The translations under genes were made by a program, and so were the position numbers. DNA of 64,000 bases from a virus (lineage: Duplodnaviria > Caudoviricetes). Below, piece after piece: positions 10,464 to 19,682 of this stretch. Below the pieces are notes generated by a model. It was given only the letters and a program-made list of their open reading frames with translations. It did not search any database and was not told the origin of the DNA. Positions within the stretch are counted from its first letter, which is position 1. Every line of letters starts with the position of its first letter. Location of the stretch: IMG/VR virus record IMGVR_UViG_3300025362_000477; one strand, given 5' to 3'.

Positions 10464-11978
10464 TTAACTAATTGTTAATCCTTGTATAATAATTCCCATT
10501 AATTCTGTATAACTTGTTGTAATAATATACTCATACCAAAGATGGGGATAATCAACACCATTAATAAACCATACAGCAGCTGATTCAGATCCATCATGAT
10601 TTTCCTCAAGTATAATGTCCCAATTGTTATAAATACTCCAATTTATATTATAAAAATCTGTTTTGTCAGATGTTTTGTTAGCGCTACCTTCTCCTGCTGT
10701 AAAATTTCGGTCTCTTGGAGCTCCAATATCATAATTTATTATGCCTCCGGTCAATACACCACAATTAGTTATTGACGTATTATTTTCTTCCCAACCGAGA
10801 AATCTTCCGGTTCTTGTACCAATATTAGGAGAAATATCTCCCGTACAATAACAATCATTGATTTCTGAAAATCCTCTTCCATTTAAATGTCCACAAAAAC
10901 CACCGGTACGAGGATCACCATTTGTAGGCATTGTTGAATTTATGTAGTTTATATCACCAGTGCAATAACATTTATTGATTGATGTCGTAGCTCCTGAATA
11001 TACAGTATAATGAAATCCACAAAAACCTCCTATATATGAAGCCCCGTTTCCATTTATACGGGAGTCCGTTATAGTTACATTTCCAGTGCAATAACAATTA
11101 GTAACTGTTGCATCAGGAGTACCTGTGACTTTATAAGCATATACATAAACTGCGAAACCACTAGTATTAATTCCATTGTTGGTATAAAATTCATGAGTGG
11201 TTACATTTCCAGTGCAATGACAATTGTCAACAGTAATAGATCCAGCTTTATAAGCGAATACATAACCTGAAAAGCCGGCGGATATACAATATGCAGATAC
11301 ACTTGTATCATATGCGCGATACCCTACATCTATATTTCCAGTGCAATAACAATTTTTCACAATTATATAATCACCAATATCACTTGTTCGTATCTGTCCA
11401 AAAAGACCTCCACATATTACATATCGGACTGTGCCTTCATTTGTAATATGCGCAGTTGAACTACAATTATTAACTGTTATTGTAGTTGAACTTGGACCAA
11501 TAACACTATCTTTATAAAACATCGCAACTAAACCACCCATATAACAATGAGGGTTACCATAAATACAATTTACATGACTATTTCCTGTGACATGGACATT
11601 ATCCATATTAAATGCACCATAACAAGCTACACATCCAGCAAAAGATATGCCCATATTATTTGATATATCAACACCCATGTCTTTTAATATGAGATTTGTC
11701 ACACTTGCCCCAACACCATATATTGCGCCAAACAATCCTGCATAAGTATTTTCCGCGACTGATGGATTGCCGATATTAATTGTTAAATTAGAAATGGTGT
11801 GATTATCACCATTTAGAGTTCCGGAAAAATAATCAACAAGATCTCCGATTGGTTCCCAATCATCACCAATACCAATATAATCCGCATCGGCCGATGATAG
11901 ATCAGTTGTTAAAATATAATCTTCTGTTAAATCTAAAGCAATCGTTGCTAAATCTGTCCATGATGAAATATTAGTCAT
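10464..11978 (-). CDS. GLUG-motif beta-helix protein (tail fibre/adhesin-like)
   Basis: GTLNGDNHTISNLTI...AGLFG and repeated NCYCTGNV / GGFCG units. Confidence 0.7.
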   Translation of the reverse strand: MTNISSWTDLATIALDLTEDYILTTDLSSADADYIGIGDDWEPIGDLVDYFSGTLNGDNHTISNLTINIGNPSVAENTYAGLFGAIYGVGASVTNLILKDMGVDISNNMGISFAGCVACYGAFNMDNVHVTGNSHVNCIYGNPHCYMGGLVAMFYKDSVIGPSSTTITVNNCSSTAHITNEGTVRYVICGGLFGQIRTSDIGDYIIVKNCYCTGNIDVGYRAYDTSVSAYCISAGFSGYVFAYKAGSITVDNCHCTGNVTTHEFYTNNGINTSGFAVYVYAYKVTGTPDATVTNCYCTGNVTITDSRINGNGASYIGGFCGFHYTVYSGATTSINKCYCTGDINYINSTMPTNGDPRTGGFCGHLNGRGFSEINDCYCTGDISPNIGTRTGRFLGWEENNTSITNCGVLTGGIINYDIGAPRDRNFTAGEGSANKTSDKTDFYNINWSIYNNWDIILEENHDGSESAAVWFINGVDYPHLWYEYIITTSYTELMGIIIQGLTIS

Positions 11979-12288
11979 TATTAATTTCCAGTTTTATTTT
12001 ATGTTTTAAAATTTCTTTTTCTAATTTTTCCCGACGATTGTTATGAAATTTCTTTTTTCTTTTATTTAATTTTTTCTTAAGATTTTTATTAGTATAAGGA
12101 CTATTTATAAAGGATTGTATTTTGACAATTTGGTTATTAGTATATTCAAAATCTTTTAATTTTTTATCAACAATGTTGTTGATAGTTTCAATTAAAGAAT
12201 TTTCTTCTTCTTCAATAAACTTTTGGAGGTCTATATCTTCCATATTCATATTTATATCCATATTACCACCATCCCTCAGTCGTTTCAT
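11971..12288 (-). CDS. hypothetical charged protein
   Basis: Fills the gap between tail genes; start uncertain. Confidence 0.45.
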   Translation of the reverse strand: MKRLRDGGNMDINMNMEDIDLQKFIEEEENSLIETINNIVDKKLKDFEYTNNQIVKIQSFINSPYTNKNLKKKLNKRKKKFHNNRREKLEKEILKHKIKLEINND

Positions 12289-13648
12289 AAGTTAAAATTA
12301 TAATACCAGTTCCCATTGTTTTAGATGCATTTACACCATCAATCAATTCAGCACTGTTAGGAGCTACTGTGAGTGTACCTGAACCCGTATTGATGATTCT
12401 ATACTCCTGTCCGTCAATGCCCTCAGGGAGCGTTACAGTGAAGTCTCCACCATCTGTATTACAAAAAACTCTATGATCACTAACAAGAATTGTATAAGTT
12501 GTTGTGACCCTGGATGTGTTAACTATTCTACCACCGCTAGATTTGATACTTCCAGCAACCTCTAAATCGCCACCTACTGTTAAATCATTGGCACCAAGAT
12601 CAACATCATCTGTTGCTCCAGTGTAAGGTACTAAACCTGACAAAGCTTGATCACCTGTATTAGTACCACTCAAATTATCAGCAAATAAATCATTATTGAC
12701 AGTTACATTGATAGAAGATAAAACTATCATATCCTCTTCGCCAGTATAACCTATTTGATGTGATACACCACCTACTATAATCTTTGAATTTGTAGTATCT
12801 ACTGTAAATACATCTCCGCCGTCAGAATCTTTTCTAACTAATAATGCTTCCACACTTGAACCATCTATAATTAAATCACCATCAAATTGATCAGTAGTGT
12901 TTAATAAATAACCCGACAGATCTTGATCGCCGGTGTTGGTACCCGACAGATTGCTAGCGGATATGTTTCCGGTAACTGTTACTGCTCGATTGAATCTATG
13001 ACCAGTCGTTGCACCATAATCCATATAGCCGCTAGCAAGGCTGTCAATGTATTCATTACTGTCAGTTTGGGTAAACTTAATCTTATCGCTGAATAATGTT
13101 TCTCCACCAACTACTAGATCACCACTGAAGTCGCCATCAGTTGCAGCGAAGTCATAAGCTCCAATATCCCAATTGCCAGCTGCAGTCGAAGATCCATCAC
13201 GTTCCCAATAAGAACTAAGATCTTGATCACCGGTATTTTCTCCGCTCAAATTTCCCAGATTTGTGATGTCAGTTGCAGTGATATTTGCTGCTTGGTGAGC
13301 AACGAAAACTGGATCTGTTTCTGTAAAACTATAAAGTGGCGGAGTTGCAAGTAACCAAGCAGCGAAAACTGGATCTGTTTCAAATGTCAGATATCCAGAT
13401 AGATCTTGATCACCGGTATTTTCTCCGCTCAAATTTCCCAGATTTGTGATGTCAGTTACAGTGATATTTGCTGCTTGATGAGCAGCGAAAACTGGATCTG
13501 TTTCTGTAAAACTATAAAGTGGCGGAGTTGCAAGTAACCAAGCAGTGAAAATTGGATCTGTTTCTGTAAAACTATAAAGTGGTGGAGTTGCAAGTAACCA
13601 GGCAGCGAAAACTGGATCTGTTTCAGATGTCAGATAGATCTTGATCAC
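12263..13648 (-). CDS. tail fibre protein, distal part of a frameshifted gene
   Basis: ETDPVF repeats, SGTNTGDQ repeats, C-terminal VTLP..IDGQEYRIINTGSG tail-fibre motif. Confidence 0.7.
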   Translation of the reverse strand: MIKIYLTSETDPVFAAWLLATPPLYSFTETDPIFTAWLLATPPLYSFTETDPVFAAHQAANITVTDITNLGNLSGENTGDQDLSGYLTFETDPVFAAWLLATPPLYSFTETDPVFVAHQAANITATDITNLGNLSGENTGDQDLSSYWERDGSSTAAGNWDIGAYDFAATDGDFSGDLVVGGETLFSDKIKFTQTDSNEYIDSLASGYMDYGATTGHRFNRAVTVTGNISASNLSGTNTGDQDLSGYLLNTTDQFDGDLIIDGSSVEALLVRKDSDGGDVFTVDTTNSKIIVGGVSHQIGYTGEEDMIVLSSINVTVNNDLFADNLSGTNTGDQALSGLVPYTGATDDVDLGANDLTVGGDLEVAGSIKSSGGRIVNTSRVTTTYTILVSDHRVFCNTDGGDFTVTLPEGIDGQEYRIINTGSGTLTVAPNSAELIDGVNASKTMGTGIIILTYETTEGWW

Positions 13649-13800
13649 CAGTATTCTCTCCGCTCAAATTTCCCAGATTTGTGATGTCAGTTGCAGTGAT
13701 ATTTGCTGCTTGATGAGCAGTGAAAATTGGATCTGTTTCTGTAAAACTGTAAAGTGGTGGAGTTGCAAGTAACCAGGCAGCGAAAACTGGATCTGTTTCA
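13218..13800. repeat. mosaic in-frame repeats (60-bp ETDPVFAAWLLATPPLYSFT unit and an HQAANIT...GDQDL unit) spanning two ORFs
   Basis: Near-identical copies near 13218, 13300, 13400, 13490, 13550, 13640 and 13720. Confidence 0.9.
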
Positions 13801-14015
13801 TTGGCATCTATGATTATATCACCAGACCCAAGAATAGATCCACCATTAATAGTTTTAATGTTAATTCCCGAAATCAACACATTTTGTTTATCAAATAATA
13901 CTGGATTTTTTGAAGAATCAAATCCCATTACATACAAAGCAACTGGAGACAAATTACTCTCAAGAAAACTTCCATTGGATTGTTCTTGAATTAATTTAAG
14001 ATCTTTATCACTCAT
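13623..14015 (-). CDS. tail fibre protein, proximal part of a frameshifted gene
   Basis: INIKTINGGSILGSGDI motif, then the same repeats as the downstream ORF; stops at an 8-bp deletion. Confidence 0.65.
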   Translation of the reverse strand: MSDKDLKLIQEQSNGSFLESNLSPVALYVMGFDSSKNPVLFDKQNVLISGINIKTINGGSILGSGDIIIDANETDPVFAAWLLATPPLYSFTETDPIFTAHQAANITATDITNLGNLSGENTGDQDLSDI

Positions 14016-14027
14016 AAGTTCTCCTCA

Positions 14028-14474
14028 TTACCATGCAGCAATTGCTGTTCTTCGCCATACATTATCTAAAACACATACATAAAAATAATTTTCATCATAA
14101 GATGTCTGTCCTTGGGTTCCAGAACTAGTTGCTGTTATTGGAGGCGGTACCCAATCAACAGCACCTTCAATTTGATCATCAACATATTTTTTTGTTACAA
14201 TTTCACCAGGATGAGAAACAGGTGGATCAATTGGAATTTCAGAAAAATCTAATCTTTTTAAAACAACATTCGTAAAGTCATCACCCAAAGTTTCATCTAT
14301 TTCAGATTCATTTCCATCATAATCATCCAATGAATCTCGAAGTAAACAAGTAGTGTATTTTAAAAGTAAATCCTCTTTCATCTGCAATCCCACTAACGGA
14401 TCACTAGAAAGAGTAGATGGATCAACATTCTCTATAATAAATTGTCTAATCCCATCTAAAATATGACTTGACAT
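14028..14474 (-). CDS. tail fibre-associated protein
   Basis: VTKKYVD and C-terminal PPITATSSGTQGQ.SYD.NYFYVCV..NVWRR motifs common in tail proteins. Confidence 0.65.
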   Translation of the reverse strand: MSSHILDGIRQFIIENVDPSTLSSDPLVGLQMKEDLLLKYTTCLLRDSLDDYDGNESEIDETLGDDFTNVVLKRLDFSEIPIDPPVSHPGEIVTKKYVDDQIEGAVDWVPPPITATSSGTQGQTSYDENYFYVCVLDNVWRRTAIAAW

Positions 14475-14483
14475 AATAATCCT

Positions 14484-16808
14484 TTAAGTAAAATCAATAA
14501 AACCACTATTGGTTGTATTACCAATGACTTCTCTCATTGCACATCTCTGGTTTGGCGCGAAAATATAATTCATAACATTAACATGAGTTATATCCATGCC
14601 TTCTGGGATAGTATCTTTAAACTCAGACATCTTCCAAGTATTCATACATGGGATCCCTGTAATGCCACAACCACGAATATAACTTTTATAACCATCAACA
14701 GTTGCAGTACCACCCAATTCACCATCAACCATCTCTTCAATATTCAAAATATCATTACCCGGAATATCACTATCATAAACAGTTTTGAAATTACAATATG
14801 GGTTTTTGTCATATAATGAATCTGATAATGATAATTTATTTGATGATATACCCAGTTCATTAACCAAGAACATTATAAGATTTCTAAGATAACCAGAAGT
14901 AGGTAAATCAGTCCCATAATCACGAACACCCAAATTAAGAATATAATCAACCCCACTAGATTTGATAATATTTACTAGATTTCTTAAATATTCACCTTGC
15001 TTAGAATCTGACCAATTATCAAATTGATATGGATTAGGAAGATGATTGATATATGGATCATTAGGGCTATCACTAAAGTCAAATAGAGATGGGATGATTG
15101 TTATTTGATTTGTGGCGGCTAAATTACAAAACTCTTCTAAGTTCTTCCACCATTGATCTTCTAAGTTTATCATCCAGTCGGTAGGATCTTCATAATCATC
15201 ATATACAGGAACCACGTCAGTATCAATAAATTCATAATCTATCATATCAGAACTATAATTTTTGAAAGCATAAAATCCTGTGAATGTACCATATGATTTA
15301 TCTACTAAAGCTGGAATCTTTTCCCAATATTCTCTTTTGAGACATAATGCATACATATGACCAACACCACCCTGTCGATCTACCAGTTCTTCTGAATCAA
15401 ATGATCTCTGGGAATCATCATCATCCGGTAGCGGTCTACTTGGGCAACCACCACATGTTGATGATCTCTTATTATCTTTCAATTCTTGTGATGGTTCTTG
15501 TTTATCAGATGCTCCACAACCAACCGATGCATTATAACACTGGGTAACTTCATGAGGTGCACATGCAGCACATGGAGGCTCAATATCCTCTGATGGGACA
15601 ACTGGCTCAACTGATGGATGTCTCATACATGTCATACCTCTATCTGCTGATGGTATAGCTATATCTGCAGACTTAGACATCGATGAATATATCATTGGTA
15701 TGTTTATAATTGGAGAAGAATTAGTAACGATAGATGTTGGGGTATCCAAAACAATAGTGGATAAACATTTTAACATACAATTAGTTGCCCCAGTAATTAT
15801 CATATTAGAAGCAGCAATTTTCATAGATCCAGCACAACTTTGAGTCATTGTTGTTAATGCAGTATCATTTATCTCCGTGAATGCAGTTCTATTATCTTTA
15901 GTCTTAGAAAATCTACTAAATTCATTGGCAGTTTCAGAGTGTTTATCCCCCGCCAAAGTATCGATCGTTGTCCCCGCTGTTAAATTAAAATTAGTCCCAA
16001 CATCTATATGAAATGATTCTCCGCTTTTCATGTATATATTCTTCAAAGATTCAATATGAATATCATTTTTAAAAAACACATGAAATTGATCTTGACCTAC
16101 AGAATCATCAGTATGAAAAGCTAAATAATTCCCTCTATAATCTTTAATAAACAATCTCTCTTCACCTGGTCGTTCATCAATCATAATAGTCGTCATATTA
16201 TCATCAATCAAATAAACAGAATCAGTATCACCATCTGGAGGTTTACCAATCATTCTCTTTTTTCCGGTGATTTCAATTCTAGCATCAGTTCCATCATCAT
16301 CAGAGATAACTATGCATCGACCAGCCTTTGATTTGAATAAAACCCATTTTTTCCAATATTCAGAACCTTCTTGACATTCTGGTAATACCTTACGTTGACC
16401 AAATTCACCAGAAGCAAAGAAATATGGATGATTCGGATCACCATTCTCAAAAAATATAAAAACCCAACTACCTTTTGGTGGAGTCAAACATGATCCTTGA
16501 TACCAAGCATCTTCGAAACTAGCTCGTTGCCCCATAGTATCCTGGATATTGCGGCCGCCTAAAAAATTATTTGCAGGATGAGACCACAGACCTTTTGCAT
16601 TATAACAACCACAATCATCACTACCATTTTCAGGCATCAGATCTGGGATCCTCACTTTGACCCGACCAAGCATTCTAGGATCTTTAGCAGACAAAACTAA
16701 AGCTCGATAAAATCCATTCCATTTAAATTCACATCGTTCTTGTTGATTGGATTTCTGTGGATTATCAATATTTATAGACATTTTTACAAACTCCAACAAA
16801 TTCATCAA
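14484..16808 (-). CDS. baseplate hub/spike, T4 gp5/VgrG-like, with a long C-terminal extension
   Basis: FYRALVLSAKDPRMLGRVKVRIP and PPKGSWVFIFFENGDPNHP OB-fold motifs, followed by beta-helix repeats. Likely start 16781. Confidence 0.8.
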   Translation of the reverse strand: MMNLLEFVKMSINIDNPQKSNQQERCEFKWNGFYRALVLSAKDPRMLGRVKVRIPDLMPENGSDDCGCYNAKGLWSHPANNFLGGRNIQDTMGQRASFEDAWYQGSCLTPPKGSWVFIFFENGDPNHPYFFASGEFGQRKVLPECQEGSEYWKKWVLFKSKAGRCIVISDDDGTDARIEITGKKRMIGKPPDGDTDSVYLIDDNMTTIMIDERPGEERLFIKDYRGNYLAFHTDDSVGQDQFHVFFKNDIHIESLKNIYMKSGESFHIDVGTNFNLTAGTTIDTLAGDKHSETANEFSRFSKTKDNRTAFTEINDTALTTMTQSCAGSMKIAASNMIITGATNCMLKCLSTIVLDTPTSIVTNSSPIINIPMIYSSMSKSADIAIPSADRGMTCMRHPSVEPVVPSEDIEPPCAACAPHEVTQCYNASVGCGASDKQEPSQELKDNKRSSTCGGCPSRPLPDDDDSQRSFDSEELVDRQGGVGHMYALCLKREYWEKIPALVDKSYGTFTGFYAFKNYSSDMIDYEFIDTDVVPVYDDYEDPTDWMINLEDQWWKNLEEFCNLAATNQITIIPSLFDFSDSPNDPYINHLPNPYQFDNWSDSKQGEYLRNLVNIIKSSGVDYILNLGVRDYGTDLPTSGYLRNLIMFLVNELGISSNKLSLSDSLYDKNPYCNFKTVYDSDIPGNDILNIEEMVDGELGGTATVDGYKSYIRGCGITGIPCMNTWKMSEFKDTIPEGMDITHVNVMNYIFAPNQRCAMREVIGNTTNSGFIDFT

Positions 16809-16920
16809 TGATCAAATTTTTATCTAAAACCTTTTTAGTTCTTTTATAATGACCTTTGATCATTGTTGCAGTAGGACTAATAACTTCTCTACCACAGCCA
16901 CAAGAACATAATTTTTTCAT
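16765..16920 (-). pseudogene. 51-aa CxCGCG ORF, probable truncated homing-endonuclease remnant (not in ORF track)
   Basis: MKKLCSCGCGREVISPTATMIKGHY... parallels the N-terminus of 53148..53978 (MKLCECGCGKEVNSKSARFISGHN). Confidence 0.55.
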
Positions 16921-16922
16921 TT

Positions 16923-17816
16923 TTACATAGCCTTATTTATCGTACTAACTGTAATCTCAACTACTTTAGAAAAATAACCAGGATTGAACATTTGGAATGC
17001 GGGAGAAAAATATGAATTTCCTCCAACAGTAGAAGCAAGCATTATAGATGAAAATCTCATCATATCTTCAAAGAAAGGAAGATTCATAGTTCCAAAACTT
17101 CTAATTATTTGTTCCAAAAATTTATATTCTAACATGCCAGGAGTCACTTCACTCTCTGATAACAATTCAAGGAATCTTTTAAATATTAACAAATCATATT
17201 TCATTGGATCAACATCCATATTTGAATAATCATATTTGGCTAATATTGATCCTGCTTTTAGTGCTTGTTGTTGATTCATTCCGAAAAATGATCTATATAC
17301 ATATGAATATACTATGAATCTAAATTGAGGAATCTTATCAACATAAGATCCAGTAATACCATACCTCTTTGCAAATAATTTCAGAAACACAAACCCCATA
17401 TACTTACAAACAGGTTCAGCATATTTAGTTGGGATTCCTGTTTTTGTAAATGATAAAACTAAAGCAGAATGAGCATATATTAAAATAGTATATAAATCCC
17501 GCATATCAATATTTGAGATGGATCTTTTCTGTAAAGCAGCTATATTAATTATTGAATGTCTAGTTGTTTTATTAAATACTGCTGGTAATGGATATTGTTT
17601 CATTCTAATGATATCTATATGTTTAAATTTCGTCTGAACATGAAAATCAGCATATGGATAAGTAATATGATTTTTCATTCTAGGCATGAACATTTTAATT
17701 GAAGATAAAAACAACTCTTTATCTTCTGGATCAGATTGAAATGAATCTATCGTAGATTGTGGAAAACTAAAAATATTTGGCTTATTATTAAGCAGTGATA
17801 ATGAATTTTTGATCAT
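16923..17816 (-). CDS. hypothetical protein (structural module)
   Basis: Long ORF with RBS; no recognised motif. Confidence 0.7.
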   Translation of the reverse strand: MIKNSLSLLNNKPNIFSFPQSTIDSFQSDPEDKELFLSSIKMFMPRMKNHITYPYADFHVQTKFKHIDIIRMKQYPLPAVFNKTTRHSIINIAALQKRSISNIDMRDLYTILIYAHSALVLSFTKTGIPTKYAEPVCKYMGFVFLKLFAKRYGITGSYVDKIPQFRFIVYSYVYRSFFGMNQQQALKAGSILAKYDYSNMDVDPMKYDLLIFKRFLELLSESEVTPGMLEYKFLEQIIRSFGTMNLPFFEDMMRFSSIMLASTVGGNSYFSPAFQMFNPGYFSKVVEITVSTINKAM

Positions 17817-17843
17817 TTTATGGATCCTTTTATTATTTGTTCA

Positions 17844-18218
17844 TTATTGTGAAACATATCGGATATGGGCATATTCATTTATATTAAGATACAATATATC
17901 ATATAAAGTACCTATCAACATCCATAACGGATCAGGAATAAAACATTCAGATGATGAAGATGATGTTGATAATTCATTATATGACCAACTGATAACATAA
18001 TCATATAGATCAACATCTGGAAATAAAACTTGGAGATCTTCATCTACTTGAACTATAGAATATTGGGGAGTAATAACTTGGGTATAATTTCCAATAGTAA
18101 GTCTAACAGATTTAACTTCTGGAATTTTAGACAAAATATGATAACCCTTTTCTATTATTGCAGTTGTAATAAGAAAACGATCTAATACATATAAATCATT
18201 AAGTGGAGTAGTTATCAT
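17844..18218 (-). CDS. hypothetical protein
   Basis: ATGA overlap with the upstream baseplate gene. Confidence 0.6.
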   Translation of the reverse strand: MITTPLNDLYVLDRFLITTAIIEKGYHILSKIPEVKSVRLTIGNYTQVITPQYSIVQVDEDLQVLFPDVDLYDYVISWSYNELSTSSSSSECFIPDPLWMLIGTLYDILYLNINEYAHIRYVSQ

Positions 18219-19012
18219 GATGGGTTCTTCCGAGCATAAGATATCTCAAACTGGGTCCCCTCAACCATAGTACTCAACATTCCAACTCCAGTTGATAATC
18301 TTCTAGGATCCCATGTAAATCTATTATTCCCCAACTTACCTCTTATTAAACCATAATGCTTATCTTTTAAATAATTAACATCACCAAGAACTTGAATTGT
18401 AACTGATTCATTAATTGGTTCATCACTCAAATCAATATATCTATTCCGAACATCCACAATACCCAATGTAAAAACTTCTCTCATAAAATAAATATTATTA
18501 GGAGCAAAAACCGGAACATCTACAGTAGACATATTCATCTTAGGAGTCACCTTCCGTTTTGAAAACAATGGAGCGGTTGCAGATAATGGTTTATCATATA
18601 AAGGAACAATTTCCTTCAAAGTTTTTCTCTCTGATGCGGCATTAGTTAAATTCATTATTGCTTCATGAGATGGAACCTTGATAGTTTCAACATTAAAATC
18701 CTCAATAGTAGGAATATCATTTATGAACAGAAGTAACCCCCACAAATTAATAGTCCCGTATTCATAATAAGAAACATAATCAGGTCGATAATATAATTCA
18801 GGCTTTAACTGTTTTATAACCGAATTTTGGAGTAAATAAAATCTAAATTCTTCAAATAAAAATAATTTCGGTGCAACAAACTGAATAGATATTTCTTCAC
18901 CATCATTCTTTTCTGTCATTGAATAGAATCGTCTATAATTATCTAAATCGCTGTAGACTCTAGATAAAATTCTAGCCTCATTACCAATATCCAATGATCT
19001 CGTTAATGGCAT
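18215..19012 (-). CDS. baseplate wedge protein, T4 gp53/LysM-like
   Basis: YYRPDYVSYYEYGTINLWGLLLFINDI motif. Confidence 0.72.
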   Translation of the reverse strand: MPLTRSLDIGNEARILSRVYSDLDNYRRFYSMTEKNDGEEISIQFVAPKLFLFEEFRFYLLQNSVIKQLKPELYYRPDYVSYYEYGTINLWGLLLFINDIPTIEDFNVETIKVPSHEAIMNLTNAASERKTLKEIVPLYDKPLSATAPLFSKRKVTPKMNMSTVDVPVFAPNNIYFMREVFTLGIVDVRNRYIDLSDEPINESVTIQVLGDVNYLKDKHYGLIRGKLGNNRFTWDPRRLSTGVGMLSTMVEGTQFEISYARKNPS

Positions 19013-19025
19013 TATGCATCCTTTA

Positions 19026-19682
19026 TTAAGCAGTTATTTGTTTAGCATCTTCTGATTCCTGAATTCCTGGATACTCATCTTTTTTCCATGTCTGTTTCAT
19101 ATCAGATAAATGAACATTACACAATCTACAAACCTTATCATATTCATTCTCTTCAATAGAAAAATTCTGTAAAATATATTTATATTCCCCATGAACTATC
19201 TCTACTGGCAAATTAAGAAACCCATTATGATATTTTTTATGTAAATCAGATAATAGTACTATGTATCCAACTCTATTCTGAAAATGTAATTCAATAACTT
19301 TAGTTGCAATATCAAAAGTAGAAAATTCTTGATTCTTAGCCATAGAATCATTTATTACTGCTTTCACAACAGTATATAATGTTATAGGGTGATGATGAAT
19401 TTCTAATGAACATTCATTGATGTTCTCATTAGTTAAAGCACATTTAGTATGACCAAGATGTTCAGTAATATACTTCACCCATAACCGATATTCTTGACTA
19501 TAACGAACTACTCGTTCAACATTTTTCACAAAATTTTCATAATCCTTAGATGAAGGAAATGAATTAACTCTTAGAGGTAATTCAAATTGAGAATCAGGTA
19601 AAGTAAACACATTTTCATCATTATCAGCCATTGTATCGGGGACAGATAATTTATTTAAATCCACATCTTGTTCTTTACTCAT
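19026..19682 (-). CDS. HNH-fold-like protein
   Basis: KCALT...LEIHHHPITLY...LLSDLHKKYHNG pattern. Confidence 0.5.
   Translation of the reverse strand: MSKEQDVDLNKLSVPDTMADNDENVFTLPDSQFELPLRVNSFPSSKDYENFVKNVERVVRYSQEYRLWVKYITEHLGHTKCALTNENINECSLEIHHHPITLYTVVKAVINDSMAKNQEFSTFDIATKVIELHFQNRVGYIVLLSDLHKKYHNGFLNLPVEIVHGEYKYILQNFSIEENEYDKVCRLCNVHLSDMKQTWKKDEYPGIQESEDAKQITA

Noticed and set aside
13218-13800. Tail-fibre repeats as a diversity-generating retroelement TR/VR pair
   Set aside because: Copies differ by only a few transitions, all lie inside the coding region, and no reverse transcriptase is in the window.
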